6,217 bases of DNA from a virus (Duplodnaviria; Heunggongvirae; Uroviricota; Caudoviricetes), in IMG/VR virus record IMGVR_UViG_2695420746_000008, one strand, 5' to 3'. Made by a program: the position numbers and the translations under genes. Below the pieces are notes generated by a model, which was not told where the DNA came from, made no database searches, and saw only the letters and a list, made by a program, of their open reading frames with translations. The number at the start of each line of letters is the position of its first letter. The stretch's first letter is position 1. Positions 1 to 5,494 of the stretch are shown here, one piece after another.

Positions 1-437
1 GCCCATACCGGCGGCTTACCATCCGGATACTGGATCTTGTTTGTAAAAACCTCGCTTTCAATAAATTTTTTTCCGTGACAGCAGGGGCACTGTTTTTTGC
101 TCGCCGCGCTACGGGCATAATCTTCAAACGCATACGAAGCCATAATACGCATCACTGCCGGTTTTATTTCTGCCGGGAGTTTTCTTAACGCCGCCACGCG
201 ATCACACCGACTGAGTGCATATTCTGTCAGCAATTCTGTTGCCCGCTCTCTGTCATTCATACTAATGCCCATTTTCCCAAGGAACGCAGAAACCCCCATC
301 TCAGCCCGATTCTGTGTCATGCCCTGCGCGGCCATCACATCAGTGATACTCAGCGCATCTTTCGACGTTGAGGCCGATGCATCAGTCAGGCCGGGGGATT
401 TTGGGGAGTAGTATTTCGGTAAATCTTCCAGTTTCAT
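1..437 (-). CDS. Antitermination protein Q (lambda Q family), N-terminal ~145 codons; 3' end of the gene lies beyond the window start
   Basis: Minus-strand ATG at 437..435 overlaps the rusA stop (ATGA). The frame stays open to position 1. My translation MKLEDLPKYYSPKSPGLTDASASTSKDALSITDVMAAQGM...ASYAFEDYARSAASKKQCPCCHGKKF parallels the lambda Q N-terminus (HSPKSP, GTDVMAA, CxxCHG) as I remember it. Absent from the ORF track because it is truncated by the window edge. Confidence 0.85.
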   Translation of the reverse strand, partial: MKLEDLPKYYSPKSPGLTDASASTSKDALSITDVMAAQGMTQNRAEMGVSAFLGKMGISMNDRERATELLTEYALSRCDRVAALRKLPAEIKPAVMRIMASYAFEDYARSAASKKQCPCCHGKKFIESEVFTNKIQYPDGKPPVW

Positions 438-814
438 TTTTTGACCTGCCCTTCAAGCATTATGGGATAAATCTTCACCCCCAGACGTCCACCAGATACT
501 GGCTGACCACGAACGATATTGATTTCATCAAACTGCTCATCGTCCATTAGCAACCCCGCATGCGTCAGCGCATCCAGCGGCGCTTTCAGAATATTGTCCA
601 GGTCACGGCGGCGCTTATCCGGTGGTTCTGCAATAATTTTTATTGCCAACCTTCCGGACAGGCTTAATTTCAGCCGCTGCTGGCGAACAATAAGCGCCAC
701 TGCCCGGCGATAACGCTCCCCGGCTTTTGATACAAAATATGTGCTGCCACGACGACGCCAGTAAGTGTTCACCGTCGGCGGGTAAGGTAAAACAAATTCT
801 ATGCGCTCGGTCAT
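434..814 (-). CDS. rusA: RusA-family Holliday junction resolvase (crossover junction endodeoxyribonuclease)
   Basis: 126-aa ORF from the track. It contains the RusA-type acidic motif (PDKRRRDLDNILKAPLDAL...DDEQ) and is similar in length to E. coli RusA (120 aa). ATG at 814 directly follows the stop of the upstream gene (TAA|ATG) and its own stop overlaps the Q start. Confidence 0.9.
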   Translation of the reverse strand: MTERIEFVLPYPPTVNTYWRRRGSTYFVSKAGERYRRAVALIVRQQRLKLSLSGRLAIKIIAEPPDKRRRDLDNILKAPLDALTHAGLLMDDEQFDEINIVRGQPVSGGRLGVKIYPIMLEGQVKK

Positions 815-1873
815 TTATGCTTTCCACTTCAGAACACCCGAATTTCTCGCGTGCATTAAAAAACGAATCAGCAACAACAGCTGACTGCCGTGTTTCTCTT
901 CAAAATCTTTTACTCCGGCATGTAGTTCGTTACGGCATTTACGGCATAACGGAATAACAAACAAATCATCAGCCTTTGTTCCCATCCCTCCCAGTCCATG
1001 ACCAATGATGTGATGCGGATCATCTGCCTGATTGCCACACGTCATGCATTTCTGCGTTTTTACCCAGCGCGTGTATACAGGCATCTCTTCCCGTTGTGAT
1101 TTCTGGCGCTGGAGATACTGAGCCGGTGACTCCGGATCAACGGCAATGCTGACCACCGTCTTTTCCTGTGGTGGGTTCTGTTGCTGGTGGACGTGAGGCA
1201 GTAACGCAATATTTTTTGTGCGCTGCTTCAGTATGCTGGTGGCTGTCTGCTCTCCCGGTATGATGTCGCTTTCACTGTACACAGAGCGAATTTTTTCCGC
1301 ACGCAACCCCAGCGAACGACGTAATACCGCTTCCGGTAGCGCGTCCGCCACCTGATTGCGGACCGCCCACCAGGATAATTCAGCCAGAGATAATTCACGC
1401 TCCTGCGTACCGCTTATTGCGTGACCGATGACGTCAATCATCCATGCTGACAGGTTTTGATGAGCAAGTTGCTCGAGTGATTCGGATGTCTGGTCACGCA
1501 GCTGGTTGTCGCAGTGCCAGCACAACACCATTGCGCCGGTACCATAACGGTGAATGACGGTTTCGCTGTGATGATAATCGCCGTGTGGCCACTGGCAGGA
1601 TTTAATATGGCGCAACAGCCAGTCAGACAATGCACCAGCACCACCAGCAGCACGAATCACCCGTGCGTTACTGAAAAACGGCAGCAATGTTTTGTCTTCC
1701 ACCAGCGGCTGGCGAGCGGCAGGAACGACCCCGGACGGCAGATTACGCATGCTTTTTGGTTCCGGCTCCACCAGTATTCTGCCGTTATGGAATGCTGACA
1801 TTGATTCACGGCCTGGCTTAACGATAACCAGACCGAGTTCCGGTACCAGAACAGGTCGAAGTAATACCCGCAC
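815..1873 (-). CDS. DUF968-family prophage protein (YdfU-like) with Cys/His-rich HNH-like motifs
   Basis: 352-aa ORF. The start is GTG at 1873, preceded by GGAGG at 1878-1882. Codon pattern is G-rich at first positions. It has CWHCDNQ and CMTCGNQADDPHHIIGH...CRKCRNELH motifs. Position between a rem-like ORF and Q matches ydfU in K-12 Qin (recollection). An internal ATG start (MSAFHNG, about 1801) cannot be excluded. Confidence 0.8.
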   Translation of the reverse strand: MRVLLRPVLVPELGLVIVKPGRESMSAFHNGRILVEPEPKSMRNLPSGVVPAARQPLVEDKTLLPFFSNARVIRAAGGAGALSDWLLRHIKSCQWPHGDYHHSETVIHRYGTGAMVLCWHCDNQLRDQTSESLEQLAHQNLSAWMIDVIGHAISGTQERELSLAELSWWAVRNQVADALPEAVLRRSLGLRAEKIRSVYSESDIIPGEQTATSILKQRTKNIALLPHVHQQQNPPQEKTVVSIAVDPESPAQYLQRQKSQREEMPVYTRWVKTQKCMTCGNQADDPHHIIGHGLGGMGTKADDLFVIPLCRKCRNELHAGVKDFEEKHGSQLLLLIRFLMHARNSGVLKWKA

Positions 1874-1948
1874 ATTACCTCCAGATCCGTTGCTGGAATG
1901 TGCGGGACGGACGCGTTGGCCGTTCGGAGTAAGGGAGCCTGACGGAGA

Positions 1949-2230
1949 TTATCCAGTGACGGTAGTCGAGGCTAAGGGCTTTTTTAACCTCGCATCCGCG
2001 CCTGCGGTAACACTGAATGAGCCATTCGGCCTGTTCTTCAGTGCATGGGGGATGCTGGTACCAATCAGATTTAAATGCGTGAGAGCGCCGCCCGTGCCTG
2101 CTGGCAAAGACGGCTGAATTATCAGAATTGTGTAGTCTGGAAGGCAGTGGCTGACAATAGCGCCATTCTCAACGCGCACAGTATAGAGGCCATCTTCACT
2201 AAAAATTTCACGTAATTCTTCGATTTTCAT
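1949..2230 (-). CDS. Hypothetical small protein (93 aa) at the position occupied by rem in Qin-type prophages
   Basis: ATG at 2230 with GGAAGGA 8 nt upstream (the track starts 3 nt earlier at a TTG). First ~30 residues (MKIEELREIFSEDGLYTVRVENGAIVSH) look protein-like and G is enriched at codon position 1; the C-terminal half is compositionally odd. Same frame as the DUF968 ORF, separated from it by a TAA and 75 nt. Confidence 0.5.
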   Translation of the reverse strand: MKIEELREIFSEDGLYTVRVENGAIVSHCLPDYTILIIQPSLPAGTGGALTHLNLIGTSIPHALKNRPNGSFSVTAGADARLKKPLASTTVTG

Positions 2231-2311
2231 CAACAGAATCCTTCCAGATAAATAGCACTCCCCTGTTCGGGGTCCATCCCTCTTCTCCCTGCGCGCTACT
2301 TAAGTGAGTCG

Positions 2312-2339
2312 ATTCTATCTGCGAAGGTGCGCGAATCAA
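2312..2339 (-). promoter_or_regulatory. Candidate sigma70 promoter (TTGATT-16 nt-TAGAAT) for the rem-like/DUF968/rusA/Q transcription unit
   Basis: On the minus strand the -35 TTGATT is at 2339..2334 and the -10 TAGAAT at 2317..2312 with a 16-nt spacer, about 80 nt upstream of the ATG at 2230. Hexamer match only; no experimental support. Confidence 0.25.
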
Positions 2340-2360
2340 ATTCACCGGAAATAAACAACA

Positions 2361-2399
2361 AAAAACCCGCCGAAACGCTGAGAGATCACAGCGATGGGC
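2361..2399 (-). terminator. Rho-independent terminator-like hairpin plus U-tract (3'-end module copy A)
   Basis: Minus strand reads CCCGCC...(CGCTG-tgatctct-CAGCG)...GGCGGG followed by TTTTT (plus-strand AAAAA at 2361-2365). GC stem with a U-run; the loop is unusually large because of a 22-nt insertion relative to copy B. Confidence 0.4.
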
Positions 2400-2438
2400 G
2401 GGTTAAGTGCGGGTGCGTTGAGGATGCCTGACACATCA
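2399..2438. repeat. 40-nt direct repeat, copy A (cgggttaagtgcgggtgcgttgaggatgcctgacacatca); abuts the N-run
   Basis: Exact 40-nt identity with 2592-2631. The upstream flank (aaaaacccgccgaaacg) is also shared apart from a 22-nt insertion in copy A. On the minus strand this is the sequence lying just 5' of the U-tract terminator. Confidence 0.9.
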
Positions 2439-2441
2439 AAG

Positions 2442-2528
2442 NNNNNNNNNNNNNNNNNNNNNNNNNNNNNNNNNNNNNNNNNNNNNNNNNNNNNNNNNNN
2501 NNNNNNNNNNNNNNNNNNNNNNNNNNNN
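2442..2528. other. Run of 87 N (assembly gap or masked sequence); content and true length unknown
   Basis: Positions 2442-2528 are all n. Confidence 1.
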
Positions 2529-2573
2529 GGGCATTATCTGAACATAAAACACTATCAATAAGTTGGAGTCATT

Positions 2574-2592
2574 ACCAAAAAAACCGCCGAAA
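2574..2592 (-). terminator. U-tract with short GC stem at the 3' end of the hok transcript (3'-end module copy B)
   Basis: Minus strand reads ...CCGC-loop-GGCGG followed by UUUUUU (plus-strand A6 at 2577-2582). The stem is short and weak, so termination efficiency is uncertain. A GC-rich hairpin (2637-2668) lies between the hok stop and this element. Confidence 0.35.
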
Positions 2593-2631
2593 CGGGTTAA
2601 GTGCGGGTGCGTTGAGGATGCCTGACACATC
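2592..2631. repeat. 40-nt direct repeat, copy B; candidate fbi-like 3' element of the hok mRNA
   Basis: Identical to 2399-2438. Its minus-strand sense (..ccucaacgcacccgcac..) is complementary to the predicted hok mRNA 5' end at 2988-3003 over about 15 nt with one bulge. Confidence 0.85.
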
Positions 2632-2673
2632 AGAGGTGGGCGGGGATGGGATCAGCTCCCCGCCCGGTCACTC

Positions 2674-2829
2674 TTACTTCCTGGATTCGTAGTCTACGAA
2701 GACAGCGACCTCCGTCTGGCCGGTTCGGATTCGTACCTCACAGAGGTCTTTCCTCGTTACCAGTGCCGTCACTATGACGGTTAAACAGATGACGATCAGG
2801 GCGATTAACATCGCCTTTTGCTGCTTCAT
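2674..2829 (-). CDS. hok: Hok-family type I toxin (51 aa, membrane-active small protein)
   Basis: Translation MKQQKAMLIALIVICLTVIVTALVTRKDLCEVRIRTGQTEVAVFVDYESRK is near-identical over the first ~44 residues to HokD/RelF of E. coli K-12 as I recall it. ATG at 2829 with AAGGAGAAG upstream; TAA stop at 2674-2676. Confidence 0.9.
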   Translation of the reverse strand: MKQQKAMLIALIVICLTVIVTALVTRKDLCEVRIRTGQTEVAVFVDYESRK

Positions 2830-2886
2830 AGCCTGCTTCTCCTTGCCTTTCGGCATGTAAGAGGCTAACCTACATGTGCAAAGCAT
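2674..2886 (-). CDS. mok: Mok-like in-frame upstream extension of hok (70 codons), expected to couple hok translation
   Basis: Track ORF of 70 aa in the hok frame. Its N-terminal extension MLCTCRLASYMPKGKEKQA resembles the MokC extension (MLNTCRVPLTDRKVKEKRA, from memory). Whether it is translated as such is inferred from hok/sok biology. Confidence 0.55.
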   Translation of the reverse strand: MLCTCRLASYMPKGKEKQAMKQQKAMLIALIVICLTVIVTALVTRKDLCEVRIRTGQTEVAVFVDYESRK

Positions 2887-2987
2887 GAAATTGGCCTCAG
2901 ATTAATGTTAAGCGTCTTGCCGGACGCGTAATGTTAACTGGGGCTTTTCTCTATCTGCCTTTTGGTGTTCATGCCTGAAGCAGATAG

Positions 2988-3003
2988 CCTCAAGCACCCG
3001 CAG
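2988..3003 (-). promoter_or_regulatory. tac-like 5' element of the hok mRNA, complementary to the 3' repeat element
   Basis: Plus-strand cctcaagcacccgcag (2988-3003) matches the minus-sense repeat ccucaacgcacccgcac at 15 of 16 positions with one indel. The mRNA 5' end can therefore pair with the 3' element, as in hok tac/fbi fold-back inhibition. Confidence 0.4.
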
Positions 3004-3005
3004 TC

Positions 3006-3035
3006 ATTCTACTTACCTCGCCAATATGAAATCAA
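3006..3035 (-). promoter_or_regulatory. Candidate hok promoter (TTGATT-18 nt-TAGAAT), predicted TSS near 2999
   Basis: Minus-strand -35 TTGATT at 3035..3030 and -10 TAGAAT at 3011..3006. The predicted start places the tac-like element at the extreme 5' end and gives a transcript of about 420 nt, consistent with known hok mRNAs. Confidence 0.4.
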
Positions 3036-3056
3036 TCAGAAAGGTGCCCCATAAAA

Positions 3057-3743
3057 TCACTCCTTCTCTTCTTTACCGTAGTGGAGTTGACCAATTTTGA
3101 TAAGAGGGCGTCCCTGAGATTTGCGGTGTAGATTGGTATCGCGCAGAGAATACACACAGCCACAATATTCCTGCTGATAGAATTTTTCGCGCTTGCTGAT
3201 TTCAATCATACGGGACGAGCCGCCCTGCTTGCGCCAGTTATAATCCCAGTACACCATGCCCGGATAATGCGCGACGGCTCGCCGCCCACAGTCGTTAACC
3301 TGCTGCATATTTTTCCAGCGTGAAATGCCCAGTGAACTGCTGATCACACTGAAACCATTTTCAGCGGCGTACAGCGCTGTCCGCTCAAAACGCATGTCAA
3401 AACACATGGTGCAACGGATCCCTCGTTCGGGCTCCCATTCCATTCCTTTGGCTCGTTCAAACCAGTTGTCTGTGTCGTAATCAGCATCAATAAACGGCAC
3501 GCCGTGTTGTTCAGCAAAGCGAATATTCTCATCCTTACGAATTAAATACTCTTTCTGAGGATGAATGTTCGGGTTGTAGAAAAAGATGGTGTAGTCGATT
3601 CCCGAGGCCTGAAGCGCCTCCATCACCTCACCGGAACATGGAGCACAGCAAGAGTGCAGTAGTAGTTTGTTTGCCCCGTTTGGGAGCTCCAATTTGGGCC
3701 GTTTGAAATCAGCAACTGTCATAAATATGTTTATTGGGGTCAT
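3057..3743 (-). CDS. queH: QueH-like protein (DUF208; epoxyqueuosine reductase family, Fe-S)
   Basis: 228-aa ORF with the N-terminal [11 protein letters not shown] motif that I recognise as the DUF208/QueH hallmark, plus additional Cys residues (CTMCFD, CGC). No obvious Shine-Dalgarno before the ATG at 3743; an alternative ATG is at 3722. The family call rests on motif recollection only. Confidence 0.7.
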   Translation of the reverse strand: MTPINIFMTVADFKRPKLELPNGANKLLLHSCCAPCSGEVMEALQASGIDYTIFFYNPNIHPQKEYLIRKDENIRFAEQHGVPFIDADYDTDNWFERAKGMEWEPERGIRCTMCFDMRFERTALYAAENGFSVISSSLGISRWKNMQQVNDCGRRAVAHYPGMVYWDYNWRKQGGSSRMIEISKREKFYQQEYCGCVYSLRDTNLHRKSQGRPLIKIGQLHYGKEEKE

Positions 3744-3890
3744 AAAAATATCAAAGAGTGTAGCATTAGAACGGGGCTATCGGAAACAGATGTGTGACTG
3801 CTCCCCGCCCTTTCGGGTGGTCTCCTGATGATTTGAGGGTGCAGAAATCCCTCCGGTTAAGGATTAAATTTTTAACAGTGCTAAATTTAA

Positions 3891-4304
3891 TTATTCAGTT
3901 CTGGATTTTGTCGCCCTGCGTATCCGCGCTTTCGCGTTACGCTCAATCTGTATCAGCTTTTCTATATTTCTCCGCCTTTCCTGTTCCTCCTGGCGCAATA
4001 GCCTTACATCATCTGCCAGTCTGGTTTCTCTTTTTGCCACAGAGAGCATCCAGTCAAACGGCTCCACAACCGCACCGCAGATTTTACAGCGGACCTGACG
4101 CTCTTTTTCGTCAACCCGGACAGAGGCGTGATGGCAATATGGTCTTTCCGATGGCTCATAAAGAAAATTAACCTGATTACGAGGGTCATCCTCTTTTACC
4201 GGAAATAAAACGATATTGCTTAACTCATCTTCTGGTTTTATTTCCATGCTCCTCTCCTTTGATGCGAATGCCAGCGGTAATTGAAGCCTGATAGCTAATT
4301 TCAT
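3891..4304 (-). CDS. Hypothetical zinc-ribbon protein with basic coiled-coil C-terminus (137 aa; 118 aa if started at ATG 4247)
   Basis: Track ORF. It has a C-x-HH...C-x2-C cluster (YCHHASVRVDEKERQVRCKICG) and an Arg/Glu-rich C-terminal helix. Two possible starts: ATG 4304 directly after the upstream stop (TGA|ATG, GGAGG 10 nt upstream) or ATG 4247 (AAGGAGAGGAG upstream). Confidence 0.65.
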   Translation of the reverse strand: MKLAIRLQLPLAFASKERSMEIKPEDELSNIVLFPVKEDDPRNQVNFLYEPSERPYCHHASVRVDEKERQVRCKICGAVVEPFDWMLSVAKRETRLADDVRLLRQEEQERRRNIEKLIQIERNAKARIRRATKSRTE

Positions 4305-4727
4305 TCACAGTATCGCCTCCTGAAAATTACCCTGATAGAAAGCCAGTACACGCTGCATAGCTTCGCTCTTCCGGCACTCGCGACAGATTATATTCAGGCG
4401 CCTGTCGTAGCGGCGTATTTCTCCGTCAGGTAATGACCAGATAAGGTCCGGATCAACAACAACCGGTTTCCTCACCTTTACTCTCGAGAGTTTTTTGCGG
4501 GCGCTTTGCCAGTCCTTGCGAGCCTGTTCAGACGGGAATAAGCCGTAGCCAGAATTATATACATCACCACTTGCGACCAGTTCTATGCATAAGCGACCGA
4601 CAGACGCACGACTGATACCTGTTTCATCTGACAACTGCCGAATCGTGACCCGACCGTCCTGATGCACGAGTTCCACAATTCGCGTCTTCAGTTCTTCCCG
4701 CTGTTCGGGAGTAAAAGGTTTCGCCAT
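4305..4727 (-). CDS. Hypothetical winged-HTH DNA-binding protein (140 aa) with C-terminal CxxC
   Basis: Track ORF with ATG at 4727 and AGGAGGA 4 nt upstream. N-terminal HTH-like segment (RVTIRQLSDETGISRASVGRLCIEL) and C-terminal CRECRK. The stop abuts the next gene. Confidence 0.7.
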   Translation of the reverse strand: MAKPFTPEQREELKTRIVELVHQDGRVTIRQLSDETGISRASVGRLCIELVASGDVYNSGYGLFPSEQARKDWQSARKKLSRVKVRKPVVVDPDLIWSLPDGEIRRYDRRLNIICRECRKSEAMQRVLAFYQGNFQEAIL

Positions 4728-4741
4728 AAATCCTCCTGAAA

Positions 4742-5488
4742 CTACTTAACAACCCTCGAATGGCTAACATTCGGACGCCAGCTCTCCCAGTTAAAATTCA
4801 CCCAGCGCCCGCCGTTCATGACCATGCGATCCATCACCCGCTCGCCGAGCAATGTTTTCATCACCTCATAGTTCAGGTTTGTCAGCATCCCCACGCTGCG
4901 CATCGACGCTGTCCGGCGATCAACAATCTGGTGCAGCACCACCTGCTCGTTTTTCGTCTCGCGCTGAATGCCAATTTCATCAAGAACCAGCAGATCCACT
5001 TCGCACAGCTCCCGCAAAAATTTTTCGCCTGACTGCCCGTCGTCATAGCTGGCGTGCAGGGCGCTCATAACATCAGCCACGGTAACCACAATCACTGTCT
5101 GACCGTCTTTCAGCAGGCGATTCCCGATAGCTGCCGCTAAGTGATTCTTCCCGGTACCAGGTTTTCCGCTGAACGCAAAATTTGTACACCCGGTCATCAG
5201 TTCATCGGCGATGGATTTCGCCTGGCTTAACGCGTATCGCTGGCCGTCGTTCTGCACCTGGTAATTCGCAAACGAGCATTTACGGTGCAACGGCTGGATG
5301 CCTGAGCGATTCAGAATTTTTTCCACCCGCAACTGGCGATTCAGGCGGTTGATCTCCTCGCTACGTTTCTGGCCTTCAGCAAGTTGCCACTCGCGCCACT
5401 CCGCTACCGTTCTGAATGGGGCGGTTACATGTGGCGGGGTCAGTCGGCGGATGCGTTCCAGAACGCCGCCTGTCGCAATATTTTTCAT
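4742..5488 (-). CDS. DnaC-like replicative helicase loader (AAA+ ATPase; phage P-function analogue)
   Basis: 248 aa. Walker A FSGKPGTGKNHLAAAI and Walker B DLLVLDEIG are present. The protein is collinear with E. coli DnaC along its whole length (e.g. LTNLNYEVMKTLLGERVMDRM vs LTNSNMEEMTKLLGERVMDRM, from memory). Confidence 0.93.
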   Translation of the reverse strand: MKNIATGGVLERIRRLTPPHVTAPFRTVAEWREWQLAEGQKRSEEINRLNRQLRVEKILNRSGIQPLHRKCSFANYQVQNDGQRYALSQAKSIADELMTGCTNFAFSGKPGTGKNHLAAAIGNRLLKDGQTVIVVTVADVMSALHASYDDGQSGEKFLRELCEVDLLVLDEIGIQRETKNEQVVLHQIVDRRTASMRSVGMLTNLNYEVMKTLLGERVMDRMVMNGGRWVNFNWESWRPNVSHSRVVK

Positions 5489-5494
5489 GGTCCG

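Noticed and set aside
1657-1875. 72-aa minus-strand ORF starting at ATG 1875 (MCGYYFDLFWYRN...)
   Set aside because: It is out of frame with, and fully inside, the DUF968 gene. The composition is Trp/Cys-rich and implausible, and the GGAGG is only 2 nt from its ATG, whereas the in-frame GTG at 1873 gives a coherent protein.
2436-2630. 64-aa minus-strand ORF containing a run of X
   Set aside because: It is read straight through the N-run and both terminator/repeat elements, so it is an artifact of the unresolved sequence.
2399-2631. Possible CRISPR array suggested by the exact 40-nt direct repeat
   Set aside because: There are only two copies, about 150 nt apart, each attached to a terminator next to a hok gene, with no regular repeat-spacer periodicity. 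It is better explained as a duplicated hok mRNA 3' element.
2830-3056. relBE toxin-antitoxin genes expected upstream of hok by analogy with K-12 Qin (relB-relE-hokD)
   Set aside because: No ORFs of appropriate size or sequence are present; the interval is only 227 bp and the upstream gene is the QueH-like ORF.
615-4189. Internal out-of-frame minus-strand ORFs (615..827, 1438..1653, 3344..3532, 4004..4189)
   Set aside because: They are nested within longer ORFs with clear family signatures (RusA, DUF968, QueH-like, zinc-ribbon protein) and have no independent support.
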